A stretch of DNA of 64,000 nucleotides from the human T2T-CHM13v2.0 reference genome, Homo sapiens. Below are positions 44,493 to 58,292 of this stretch, piece after piece. The stretch lies in assembly GCF_009914755.1 (NCBI RefSeq), contig NC_060926.1; one strand, 5' to 3'. The notes below the pieces were generated by a model. It saw only the letters and a program-made list of their open reading frames with translations. It was not told the DNA's origin and did not search any database. The position numbers and the translations under genes are program-made. Numbering within the stretch: the first letter of the stretch is position 1; each line of letters opens with the position of its first letter.

Positions 44493-44683
44493 GAGATTTT
44501 GCAGTTCTTCTTAAAGCAGGCATGACTGTAAAGCAAGCAATTGTATACAACCTCCTCTCTGCCATGATGGCTTACATAGGCATGCTCATAGGCACAGCTG
44601 TTGGTCAGTATGCCAATAACATCACACTTTGGATCTTTGCAGTCACTGCAGGCATGTTCCTCTATGTAGCCTTGGTGGATATG
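44493..44683 (+). CDS. SLC39A10: ZIP10 coding exon: TM6-TM7
   Basis: ttgcag|GA GAT TTT ... GAT ATG|gtaag. Encodes DFAVLLKAGMTVKQAIVYNLLSA...AGMFLYVALVDM. 191 nt, phase 1->0. Confidence 0.97.
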
Positions 44684-45307
44684 GTAAGATATTTTATATT
44701 TTTTTGTGGTACTAAACCTGCAAATGAAAGAAATCCTTGGAAGTGGTTTGAAGCCAAACTATTTTTGAAAATATAACTCATTTTAAAGACATAATATCCT
44801 AAATAATCTCTTAAGGAAGGACATTTAAGTAGGAGGTTTCCTTTTATGGAAACCAGTTGAGTTGCTGAAAATGTCTGTCCATCATGTTACTATTTAAATA
44901 ATCATTAGTAGTAGAGTTATAATTACAGAATTATTATACTACTTTAAAGACTTTGTAATATTGGTGTAGAAGTGTTTTATTTTTGTTAGCAAAATTAATT
45001 TTTTGAGTTTGTTTTATGGCAAACAGGAGAGAAATACTATTCCTGTTAGGTAAGCCAGTCTTCTGGAAGGAAGTGGTATATATTCCATAGGATTTATGTA
45101 ATTTCTCTTATTTCTAAATTTAGCTTAAAGTTAAATGTAAATGCTAACAATTTGTTTTATTTTGATTTTACTTTAATACCCCAAATATGTTAGACAGTGT
45201 ATTTACAGAACTAGCAATTAGGTTTTTATGTTTGTTTGTTTGACTAGATAGGACATTTACTTTTTTTTTCTGGTAAGATCACAGTCTTATTTCAAAATTA
45301 TGCAGCC

Positions 45308-45615
45308 TTTTTTTTTTTTTTATGAGATAGGGTCTTGCTCTGTTGCCTAGGCTGGAGTACAGTGGCATGAATATGGCTCACTGCAGCCTTGACCTCCTGG
45401 GCTCAAGCAATCCTCCTGCCTCAGCCCCTGAGTAGCTAGGACTACACATACCTGCCACCACAGCCAGCAAAAATATTTTTTTTAAACTTTTTTTTATAGA
45501 GATAGGGTCTTTCTATGTTGCCCAGGCTGGTCTCAAACTCCTGGGCCCAAGCAGTCTTCCTGCCTCAGCCTCTCAAAGTGCTGGGATTTCAAGTGTGAGC
45601 TACCACACCCGGCCC
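45308..45615 (-). mobile_element. Alu (J-type)
   Basis: Full dimer, TSD cagcct. Confidence 0.9.
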
Positions 45616-46129
45616 AGCCTAAATTTTTAATCACAGAATTAATGCCTATTTATCATAGAAGGTTTTGAAAATGTAAACAATTGTTTCTTTTTGTTTACAA
45701 AGTTACCTAGGAGTAGTCATCTTCCCTGCTGACTTTTAATATCTCATTTCCTATTCTCACCCTCAGCTGATAACCTTGCTTCTGATTTCATGGGGAACAC
45801 CGAAGCTATCAATCCACAAGTTCTCATCATCACTTCTGCTTACCTTGCTGTATCTATGCCCATTTACATTCTTTCCTGTTACCAAAAGGAAATTTCCTAG
45901 CTGGTGCTCCTGCAAACTGTTCCCTAGAACTGATCCTCTCGTGCTGACTCCGTTAAATTCTCCTTTCTCTTTCCCACACCATTTCCCCCCTTCTGCTGGA
46001 TTATTTCTATTAGCCTATAAACCTCATATTACTTCTCCCTTCTTAAAGAGGTGGGGGACCTCTCTTAGTTCCAACTTCCCCTTTAGCTATCACCCTATTG
46101 CTGCTCTCTTTTAGGATATTTTGGTTGGT

Positions 46130-46439
46130 TTTGTTTTGGGTTATTTTTTGAGACAGGGTCTCACTTTGTTACCCAGGCCGGAATGCAATGGTGCAATCAT
46201 AGCTCACTGCAGACTCGACTCCCCAGGCTCAAGTGATCCTCCTGCCTCTACCTCCTGAGTAGCTGGGACCATGGGTGCACACCACCATGCCTAATTTTTT
46301 TTTTTTTTTTTTTTTTTTTGTAGACACGGAGTCTCACTATATTGCCCAGGCTGGTCTTGAATGCCTGGCCTCAAACAATGCTCCAGCCTCAGCCTTCCAA
46401 AGTGCTGAGATTATAGGTATAAGCCAACATGCCCTGCCC
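46130..46439 (-). mobile_element. Alu (J-type)
   Basis: Dimer with an expanded T-rich linker. Confidence 0.88.
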
Positions 46440-46657
46440 ATTGTTTATTTTTAAATTTTCCTCTTTTTTTGAGCCAAACCTAAGCAGGTTTTCCCCCTGA
46501 CTTTTCTGCCAGAATTGCTTTTGTCAAATTAACCATTGACCATGGCATCGCTAAGTCTGCTAGTCATTTTCCAGTCTTCATTTTTCTTGTCATAACAGCA
46601 GAACTTGACAGTTGGTCATTCTCTTTTCTTTGAAATGCTTTTGTGTCAGTAGGCTTC

Positions 46658-46837
<180 letters not shown>

Positions 46838-49049
46838 TAGGTTTCTATAATACCACAATTTCCTGGCCTTTTCTCCACCTTGCTGGCTTTTCTCAGACTC
46901 TTTACTGGATCCTCCTCTTCTCCCCCTGCATCTAAATGTTGGCAAAAGATGTAAGTAATTTCATCTAGTTTCATGGCTTTAAATATTTGTTGGCTGATGA
47001 TTCCTAAATTCGTATCTTTATTATAGGCCTTTCCTTTAACTCCAGACTAATCCAACTGTACTTGAATGTCTAAAAGGCATTGTGCACTTGACATGTTCAG
47101 AACAGCTCTTGACGTTGCCAACACTACTACTTGACCAGCCTGTCTTGCAGAAGTCTCCATCTCAGAAATGATGATACCTCTATTCTTCTAGTTGCTCAAA
47201 AAGCTTGAGTGTTGTCCTTTGACTCAACTTTTTGCCCTCCCACATCTTGTTTGCCAGAAAGTCCTGAGGCCTCTTTCGCCTAACCACCTGTACCCTCATC
47301 ATTTTCATCCAAGCCACCACCATCTTTCTCTTTTTAACTACTCTCCCTGCTCTGTCCTTGCCCTGCCTTCCAACTCTGTATCAGCTCAACTAGAGCAATC
47401 CTTTTAAGCCATAGATCACATCATCACATTTGTATGCTTCACATTGTGGTTTTTCATCCCATTCAGAGTAAAAGTCCTAAAGTTCTTTCTTTGACTTGCA
47501 AAGTTTTTCATCATCCTTGAACATTTCCACTCCCTTGTCCTCCTTAGTTTTCCTATCCTTACTTCAAATCCTCCCACTCTCCCTGAGGGACATTCTGCGT
47601 CAGGGCTGTGGCACTTGCTGATCACCCCTCCGGAATAGTTTTCCTGCAGACGTCCTCATGGCTAGCTCCTGCTTAGGAGGCATCTTATCTAAAATTTAAA
47701 TCTCCCCTTCAACATTTCATATCCTCTATCCCTGCTTTACTTTTTCTCCTTTGTACGTGTATCTCAACCTATTAACACCATTTTACTTATTTATCGTGTT
47801 CATTGTCTTCCCCACTAAGATGTCAGCTCTGGGAGGACAGGCATTTTTGTCTTATTTTATATACTGCTGGAAATTTAGTTTATATATAGTTAGTATTTCC
47901 TTACATCTGTAACACTAGAAAGTTACAGATACAAGAAGAATGAGTCTTTACAGAAAGGATTTATAGTTTAATGAAGAAGAAAAGTCATAACTACAGTTAT
48001 TTTGATATGTGTTATGATAGAGTTTTGCACCATGTTTGTGGAACTACAGAGAGGCTGGCTAAAAAGTTGGGGAATAGAAAGTTTTTCCATCAAAAAAATC
48101 CGAGCTGAGTCCTAAAGAATGGAGTTTATTAGAAGCAAGGGGAAGGGTCGTATGAGGAAGCTGAATGATTTATAACATCATTCCTTTGAACAGTAAGTCT
48201 ATAGCTAGGACTATATTCTGAGGAAATAACATGACTACTCCTGATAAAACAAGCAAACAAAAATAAAACCTCACTACGTGGTTCTTTGCAGTAGTATTTA
48301 TAATGTCACAATTATATTGGAAACACTCTAAATGTTCAAGAGAAAGGGAAGAAACTGTCCACATATATTTTGTGAGATTTTAATGACCCAGAAATTGGGT
48401 ATTTTCTAATGTTAAGTAGGAAAAAATGGATCCATATTGTCGTCAGGTAGGTGTTGGCCATATCCTGACAGTCGCACAACATGCCATACCAAAAAGATGA
48501 GAGTTTATCTTGTAAACTTTGGAGAGCCATGAAAAAGTTTAAGCAGTAGAATGACATGATCACATTTTTGTTTCAGAAAGACTTTGGCTCTATGGAGGAA
48601 GACTTTTATTGATTTAAAGCCATTCAATAAGATATCAACAGTACCAGAAGTTTTAGTTTGAGATACCTATAGGATAACCAGGTGGAAGTATCTAGTTGTA
48701 GAGGACTTTGGGTGGTGCTGTTTATCAATCAGTATCAAAGCATTTTTATGTAATATTTTAAACAAATATGGCCATACCGGTAGGTGTTGGTTGGCTCTTA
48801 GCTGTGGTTATGACAAACAGTGTGGGTGTTGACATTCAGGTTAGAATTAAATGTGGCAAAGCCATAGTTCCTATTCTAGTTGGTATGTATACATATCTAG
48901 AGGGCATATTTCTGTAAAACATGCTGCATATTGTTTATGCTTAAGTATTTAAGGAAAGTCATAATGAAAAATCTTTGTAACAATAAAAACTTGGAAGGAG
49001 GAGAAAGGATAGAGTAAAATAGTCTTACTAGAACCATATGTAGGAAGCT

Positions 49050-49242
49050 GTCAGTTTGAAGGGCCAGATAGTAGATGGTTTAGGCTTTGGGGACCATATG
49101 GTTTCTGTCACAGTTTTTCAACTCTGCTGTGGTAGTGTGTGGTTCCTGGGACAGCGCCTCTGCTGTTGTAGCACAAAAGCTGCCATAGACAATGTGTAAA
49201 TGAATAGGCATGGCCAGATTCAGCATGGTTTGCCAACCCTTA
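49050..49242. mobile_element. MER58A-like hAT element
   Basis: aagggccagatagta...ttaggctttg...gctgccatagacaatgtgtaaatgaataggcatggc...tttgccaaccc. Confidence 0.7.
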
Positions 49243-49729
49243 GACCATTAGTTGATTTGATAAAGTGATTTTGTGAATGGTTTGGACAAGAAAATAATCT
49301 TTACTAGCTATTATATACCATTACCATAGACTTTTAAACAGAATTTATGATAGCATGCTGTAGTTCTTAAATATGACCTTTAAGAGATTGCTAAAATATA
49401 CCATAGCACTGTCAGAGCATGGTGGTTAGATTAATTGTACCCATTATTTAATAACAAATAATGATGTTTCTTCCTAGACAGGAAGAAGTATGAATTAAGA
49501 ATTATGTGACTTAACACTAGATTTCTCCTCCCTAAACCCAAATCACCAAGATACTGTTTTGGAGCAAAACGTAGTGTCCCAGAGGGTAGCATATCAGTGT
49601 CATCTTTCTGTAGATAATGACTGCAAATTTGAATTATGTTTGCAGAAAAGTGAAAGTAAAAATTGGAAGTAGCAATTCCTTCACAATTTTAGATTAGGTT
49701 TGGGTGGAAAGAATGTATGCCTATAATGA

Positions 49730-50278
<549 letters not shown>

Positions 50279-50484
50279 TAGTTATGCTGGATAGCTCTGC
50301 TAGGTTGTTTTCTGTGTCTGTTATTGGAATGAAAGCAATGGCATAAGGGCATAGAGATGCCAATTTGGATTTGTCCCCAAGTATCTCTTTGCTGTCATGA
50401 GCAGTGGGAAATAAGAATTTCAAGTGGAAAAGAGTGAAGAAGTGAAACCATTTTGAATTAGGCCATTTCCCAAAAGAATCTTCC

Positions 50485-50798
<314 letters not shown>

Positions 50799-51218
50799 AA
50801 GAATCTTGCTTTCTTATTGAGTTTAAGATACATTAGTAAATGTGGGAATTGTGGTGATCGGTTTTTGGAGTGTCTTATTGGTAATAAGTTGCTTTATGCT
50901 TTAGCATAAAGTAAAATGTCAGAATTTATAAGGTCAGTGGATAGTAACTGTTTGAAAAATGACTAATGTGCATATTTTAAGTGTTTGTTGTGGGGGATGA
51001 GGAGGAGGGAACAGAGTTAGTATTTCCTAGCAAAAGCATAAAATTTCTTCAGTATTTGACTAAAATACATCTGGTGGGTAGCATTGTGTTCAATAAAATA
51101 ATTATTTTGTCTGTAGTTACACTTCAGTCACTAATTTTCTTAAGTAGGAAAATGTTTTTAAAAACTGTTTTGAGCAGAAGTATTATACAAAGTTTAATGT
51201 GAAGATTTATTTTTCTAG

Positions 51219-51377
51219 CTTCCAGAAATGTTGCATGGTGATGGTGACAATGAAGAACATGGCTTTTGTCCTGTGGGGCAATTCATCCTTCAGAATTTAG
51301 GATTGCTCTTTGGATTTGCCATTATGCTGGTGATTGCCCTCTATGAAGATAAAATTGTGTTTGACATCCAGTTTTGA
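51219..51377 (+). CDS. SLC39A10: ZIP10 terminal coding exon: TM8 and stop
   Basis: ttctag|CTT CCA GAA ATG. Encodes LPEMLHGDGDNEEHGFCPVGQFILQNLGLLFGFAIMLVIALYEDKIVFDIQF then TGA at 51375-51377. Confidence 0.97.
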   Translation, partial: LPEMLHGDGDNEEHGFCPVGQFILQNLGLLFGFAIMLVIALYEDKIVFDIQF

Positions 51378-53370
51378 CCTTTCCCAGTAATCACTGTTGA
51401 TTACGAGAATGTTACCATGCAGCTTTGCATCTGTTCCTTGTACTGTATGCACATTGCTCAAAGGAAAGTCAGTGGCTTGCACTACTTACAAGTTTCATAG
51501 ATTTGAGCCTAACCACAAGAGGCTGGTGCTTAGTACTGTTTTCCCTGCACGTAGGGGTCTTTTAAAAATATAAAGCTTGTGATAAAGAGAGGAGAATATG
51601 GGACTCCATGAACCAGTGTTGATATGTTTGATTAAGACTTTTCACAAAATAATCATATAAAACACTAGTCTCTTTATTAGTAGAAACTTCTGTGGCTATG
51701 CAGAAATAGAGATCGAACCAAAAAAAATCATTTAAACTTTAAAAATATTTTAAATGGACTTTGGGGAGACATTTTTTGTGTGTTTTAAGAATGAATTGTA
51801 GTGCTCTTTAATTCAGCTACATATATTCATGTGGTGATAGGGATCAACTTGACACAACTTTGAAACTGCATAAAGTAGACATAGGAACTAGAGGAAAGCT
51901 CAGGCTGCATTAGAGTATGAATTTAGCATTGGGAAAAGCCCTTATTCTTGAATCTAGAGTTACTATTTTTGTATATATTTGCATAGTGTTTAAACCTGCA
52001 GCCTAAACTACTGAAATTTGTGATTGTATGTTTGTGTGAGCTTCAGTTTAATGAAAGATTCATAATGGTTCTTTGTATTATTATAATACTTGGTGTTGGG
52101 GTGTTCTTTCTGTTTTGTTTTTTACTTTAATTTTGTTTTGATTTTTTTTTTTTTTTTTTTTTGGCGGGGGTAGGTGAGGGTTTGGAGCATGTGGTCTTTT
52201 TAAAAAATTGTAACCCTCTAGAAAATATCAAAGAAATGAACCAGACGTGGTTTAAATAGTTGATTTTCCTATTTTAACAGTACCAACTAGTTAATTGGGA
52301 AATGTAAGTTCTGAATGTTCACATTGCTTTACCAGTTTGGCACTGGAACCAAGAGCACATGTCGTGGCTGGCTACAAGGTTGTAAAGCAGAAAATCGAAG
52401 TTTACCATGTCTGTAATGTGTACATGAAGTGTCAATTTAGAACAGTTACTAGGATAAACTCCATTATTGCCATGGCTGTCATGGTACCCAAGTGACTTGG
52501 AAGATGCATTTAAATTACTCAGCTGAAATCACTTGATCATCTTGTGCCAAGATATGCTGTTGGTGCCTGATAGGGATTAGTCTTTTAGGTGCCCTGTTCT
52601 CCTACCATAATTGTGAATGATTTGTGAGAAGTGCAAGCCATGTTTATCCTGAATTTTTACTTAATAATTTGTATTACTAGTCATATGCATGTAGCTTTCT
52701 GTTTACATCCTATGCCACATGGTCTTCATTTATGCCAGGTAAACTGTATTTGAACTATGTGCAGCTAGCTTTGTTTTAATCTGCTTGGCAACCAGTGTAG
52801 CTGCTGTAACAATCTATCTTATTGTTCAAATATATAAGAGCCAAACTCTTTTCCATTCCATCTAAAATGTTTTCATTTAGTACTCTTCTTTCCTCCTACT
52901 CTATGAACTTCAAAACAAAAACAAAACTTTGAGAGCAGCACATGCATCCAGGTATTTATAGATTATTGCCAGTGTCTTTTCTGTATGCTATAAGCAAGGG
53001 AGCTTAGGTGTTATTTCTTTAATTTATGCTTGAATCTGAAAAATTATTTCTGACTTACTCCATGGCCTCCTTATAATAAGTAGAAGTTTTATATATAATT
53101 AATTTTCAGCATTGGGCACTGAATTAGGACAGTCCTCATCTCATTGCTTGGCCCTTCAAGCAACCTAGCTAAAAGGTGCTGATATTTTATTTAGTACTGC
53201 CAACTTCAAGTGATTTAGATATCTATCTATCTAGATTTCTGAACCAAGATATATTTATAGTTCACTTTTGGGTTTTTATACCCACGGTAGGATTCTGCAT
53301 TCCAGCATTAAATCTGCTTCATTTTAGAACCTTTATAAAAGCAATAGCTGGAATATACTCCCAGTTTTAA

Positions 53371-53376
53371 AATAAA
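53371..53376 (+). terminator. Possible proximal SLC39A10 poly(A) signal
   Basis: AATAAA inside the 3'UTR (ATTAAA also at 53307-53312). The downstream element is weak. Confidence 0.35.
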
Positions 53377-53703
53377 TGCCTGATTGATTTAAAGCAAGTA
53401 GGTTATGCTGAAGTATATAAAGAAGTTTTATATTCTCTCAAAAATGGTATTATCTTTCTTTATTTGCTAGATTCTTACAAATCTTTTAAGAGGGCTGTAA
53501 CAGTTGCTGCTAGTATTAGGGTTCCACATCATTCTAATGTATAGTTTCAAGTCTTAATAGACAATCTGAATTCCACTACATTTCTTTTGGCTCCAACATT
53601 CCTTTTAGCTTGACCAGTCTAATTTAAAATGTGTTTGTTGGAGGTCATTAACGTTACTTGTACAATGCTGTCACTGTGTGACATCCATATGAATTTTGGT
53701 ATA

Positions 53704-53760
53704 TATCAATCAATCAATCAATCACATTGCATTCAATCAATCAGCTGTGATTGATTGATT
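53704..53760. repeat. (ATCA)n/(TGAT)n inverted repeat in the 3'UTR
   Basis: aatcaatcaatcaca (53712-53726) is the exact reverse complement of tgtgattgattgatt (53746-53760). Confidence 0.9.
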
Positions 53761-54015
53761 ATGCTTAGAAATACTATAGTAACTAGATGCAGTGTGAATT
53801 TTTTCCATTAACAAACAAACAAGTCAGTGGCTTAAATGTGATTATGGTCCTGCAAGGTGATTCTTGCTAAAATATCTAAACTTTTGTTTTGTTTTAACTG
53901 AATCATTTTTTAACTTAAAAAGCTGGAAAATATCAAATGCTGTTTTTTTTTTTTTCATTGTCAACAGTGGTGTGTCATTTTATGTATGTTCCTAATGCTT
54001 ATGGAACTCCTCCAA

Positions 54016-54021
54016 AATAAA
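54016..54021 (+). terminator. SLC39A10 distal polyadenylation signal
   Basis: AATAAA with upstream TGTA (53983) and U-rich tract, and a downstream GTGTGTTTTCTTT element. Confidence 0.85.
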
Positions 54022-54041
54022 GTTACTCAAAGAGAGCAAAT

Positions 54042-54260
54042 ATGCCAGTGTGTTTTCTTTAGTCTTTATTTCAGAACATTTCCTTACATTTAAGTATGAG
54101 TCATATTAAGTTTAGCTGCATTTGCTCATAAGTAAATTCATAATTATAACTTTAGTCAAATGTATTTAAACAAACAAAAAAAAAGGTTTAAGTAGTAAAA
54201 TATGCTTTCTCTACTCAGCCAGCCAACAAGAAATAGGAACAAGGAAATGATGTCTTCTGG
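54042..54260 (-). other. DNAH7: DNAH7 3'UTR (~220 nt)
   Basis: Lies between TAA at 54263-54261 and the estimated cleavage site ~20 nt past the minus-strand AATAAA. Confidence 0.75.
54065..54070 (-). terminator. DNAH7 polyadenylation signal
   Basis: TTTATT on + is AATAAA on -. It is the first canonical hexamer after the DNAH7 stop and has U-rich downstream sequence on the minus strand. Confidence 0.8.
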
Positions 54261-54467
54261 TTATGAATTAAGTTGACATAACAGTGCTACACCTCGTCCA
54301 ATCCAGTGTTCCTTGGGTTGGTCAGAGGGAAGAGTCATGGCAATCACAAAATTCGTGGAATGGCCAGTGGTGGATAATACTCCTCTCCGCTCACTTGTCT
54401 TATACAATGGAGCAACATAACTTGGCCGTTTTGGTATATCTGCCCTCTTACAGGGCTTTAGCCACAT
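54261..54467 (-). CDS. DNAH7: Dynein axonemal heavy chain 7, terminal coding exon
   Basis: Minus strand ttccag|ATG TGG CTA. Encodes [68 protein letters not shown], a typical axonemal dynein C-terminus (PLYKT..R, GHSTNFV, HW..RGVALL). The paralog name rests on recalled adjacency of DNAH7 to SLC39A10. Confidence 0.93.
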   Translation of the reverse strand: MWLKPCKRADIPKRPSYVAPLYKTSERRGVLSTTGHSTNFVIAMTLPSDQPKEHWIGRGVALLCQLNS

Positions 54468-56003
54468 CTGGAAGAAAGTACATAACACCTCTTTAAGTCA
54501 AGGCTGTTTGTTAAATGTACATGTGTTTGAGCCTACTATAGTATTCTCAGAGTAAGGTTATGCATGCAGATTTCTGTGGCCCAAATTTATTTTCACCAGC
54601 AGTGTTGTTGTGATTGCTCAAAACATTTTATAGAACTCTCATAACTGAAAAAAATAGTTTTCGCCTTCTCTTTCTAAAAGCATATTTTCTACCTATTTAT
54701 CTCTCACTCAGCCACAATTACCTGGGAAATGACTTTTAGTGCTTACAATGATAAAAAAAAAATCAGATACACTTTCAAAGGAGAGAATTGCCACACTGAT
54801 ACTGAGAATCATGTGCCTTTATATTAATTGAAAGCCAGTCCCAAAAAATTCTGAAGGGATTTTTATCAACAGCTGTATAGCTAGAGAACCTTCCCATTTT
54901 AGGAGACTATTATAAAGGAGATAGATACTATATATATTATGCTGTTTAAAATATAATTGCATTCCTTTATAACCACAATCTATACCCCATTCTTTTTAGT
55001 CATTAAATTCCTACAATTTGTTATTAGACCTCATCAATCTTAAAAATAAGATTTTGAGGCAGTTTGATCTTTGAATGTAAGAGTAAGAACAAACTATGTT
55101 CATAAAGATATTTTAGAATTTAATTCAATTTATTTTTCTGGAGTGGAAGTAATAGCAATCCTCGAGATGATAGGACTTGACAGCCCCAATGTTCAGACCC
55201 CTCTTTTAGGTTTCTCAGGTCAAAACACAGATTGTTGAAGGAGCTTATAAGGATGCCAGTTTCTCTATTTCTCCCACTTAACTGTGGAATCCAGATTTTC
55301 ATAAGGGGGATCCACAAGGCAGTTTTGCAAATACTAACTACAATGTAAAACTCGAAGCACTCTTCCTAACTCAGATTTCATTTCAACCCCAGGGGATTTT
55401 TCTAATGAGAATGTTTATTTCTAACTAGCTGCTTATTCAGGAGAATCATTATCCATTTATAAATTAATTTCTTCTTGTACACACTGCAAGCTACTTAAGA
55501 GTTTCCATGTGAAAGAAAGACTAAATTTCGATCAGCTCCTGAAATTGCATTTATTTGTCCTTGAAACTTTCAATTTGGGTCTTGTATTTTAAACTTTTGT
55601 GCCCATGGTATTTTAAAATGTATGACAGCTTTCTCGCAATTGGCTGTCAGTTGACCCCTCACTGATCCTGTTACAGTTGCTCTGAAGGGGTTTTTAACCT
55701 GTCTTTGAGCTGCTGCCAGAATCCTGCAAAGAAAATTCACATAAATCCCACTGCCTATATTTTATCACAGCATCCCAGATCTACCCTTCAAATTGCTATT
55801 TTCTTAAGCCATTTTCTCATGATGCAGTTATAGATTGAATCTTAATTATATTTTACAAAGCTTAATCTGCCAATACTGGATAGGTGCCTAGGAAATGTGG
55901 CTTTTTAAATTGATGGTTTTTGTAATCTTTAATCTGCAAATTTCACATTTTCAAGTCAAAGTATAAGAAAAATATAATGAACACGTGTGTGTGTATGTAT
56001 ATA

Positions 56004-56920
<917 letters not shown>

Positions 56921-56921
<1 letters not shown>

Positions 56922-56945
56922 TATATGTGTGTGTGTGTGTGTATG

Positions 56946-56985
<40 letters not shown>

Positions 56986-57009
56986 TATGTATACACATAT
57001 ATACACACA
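56921..57009. repeat. (TG)n(TA)n(CA)n compound palindromic microsatellite
   Basis: ~89 bp of alternating purine-pyrimidine sequence. Confidence 0.95.
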
Positions 57010-57084
57010 ATATGGGGTCTATTTTATATATAATATATAAAATATGTATAATTCCACATGTATATATAATTAGAATTTACTAAC

Positions 57085-57188
57085 CACAGGCACTGTATCA
57101 TAAAGAATTTTGGGATGCGATTCTGCAAGTTTCTTGATCTTTCTATTCCAGGAAGCTCCATCCAGAAATAATCCGTGAATGAAAACAC
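57085..57188 (-). CDS. DNAH7: DNAH7 penultimate coding exon
   Basis: Minus strand tttag|GT GTT TTC ... CCT GTG|gttagt. Encodes (G)[34 protein letters not shown], with the dynein GLFLxGAxW motif. 104 nt, phase 1->0, joins the terminal exon in frame. Confidence 0.93.
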
Positions 57189-58098
57189 CTAAATATAAAA
57201 GAAACACATTAATATAACACTTGAAATATGCATTTTGATTGAGTTCTGAATCTGAAATTTCTACATGTAAGTACTATGCAGGTGATACTAGATTTGCAGC
57301 CTAAGATTTGTTCTCCAATGAAAGCAATCTCCTGAGTGTTTTAACATCCATATTTCAAGAACATTGAAACTTTGCCTAGTGAAATAAGACAATAGTAAAA
57401 TTAGGTGTGGAAGACGAGAGGAAAGAAATTTTAAACAGGTCTATGGGAAGTTCTCAGTGTGTGTGTGTGAACATTATCAAATTTATATTGTTAATTGGTC
57501 AATGATTATACTGTGTTTTCAGAAGCTGTGAAATCTAGGGAAAAAAATAGTTCTTAATGTAATAGGGATCCAGTGGTGGCTAGTGGGCAGCATATGAACA
57601 AAGTACCCTTCTGCAGATCTCTAATGTCGTAAGAATTAAATTGCTCCTCCCCTTTTAGAATTTATTCTTACTGCCAAGAGCTCTCCTTAGTCTGTTGATG
57701 ATGAAAGACACATGATGAACTCTCTCTAGAATGTCATGTTGTACACTAACAGCTAAAGAGTACAATTTAGGCAATCAGTGAAACATGAGTTACTTTCTTT
57801 GGCTTTACATATCAGTAAAGCCTCATGGATTGGAGTCTGCAGGTAAAACTGATTGTAACAGTACAGATGTCAAGCAATGTAGACTTTGGGAAGACCAAAG
57901 TTTTAGTTCCTAATTTGTTGTGTGACCTTGAGCAATTAATTTAACTTCAAAACCTGTTTTGTCATCTGGAGAACAACCTTAAAAACATTTGTAAAATAGT
58001 AATATCTGTTTTGTCCACCTTGTAGAGTTGTTAGAATCAAATCAGCTAACATAGGGGGAAATGCCTTTGTAGAGTAGCATATGAAAATCTACTTGAGC

Positions 58099-58292
58099 AG
58101 TGCTGTCCAGTAGAACATTTTGCAGTGATGGAAATGTTCTATGTGTTGTCCTGTATGGTAGCCGCTAGCTATAAGAGGCTGGTATTAGTAAGCTGAACAC
58201 TTGAAATGTGGCTGGTGTGACCAAATAACTGAATTTTAAATTTTATTTTAATTATAGTTAAATTTAAATGGCCACATGTGGATAATTTAATG
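58099..58292. mobile_element. MER3-like hAT-Charlie element
   Basis: cagtgctgtccagtagaac...gatggaaatgttct...cacttgaaatgtggctggtgtgacc...aatttaaatggccacatgtgg. Confidence 0.75.

Larger units (their letters stand above)
51378..54040 (+). other. SLC39A10: SLC39A10 3'UTR (~2.7 kb)
   Basis: AU-rich stretch with no recognisable interspersed repeat, running from the stop codon to AATAAA 54016-54021. The end is estimated from PAS spacing. Confidence 0.85.

Noticed and set aside
44285-44776. 163-aa ORF as a standalone gene
   Set aside because: It is intronic read-through around the true 191-nt SLC39A10 exon.
52142-52186. T21 followed by a G-rich stretch in the 3'UTR (possible G-quadruplex or splice signal)
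   Set aside because: Only two-tier G-runs, with no supporting partner splice site.
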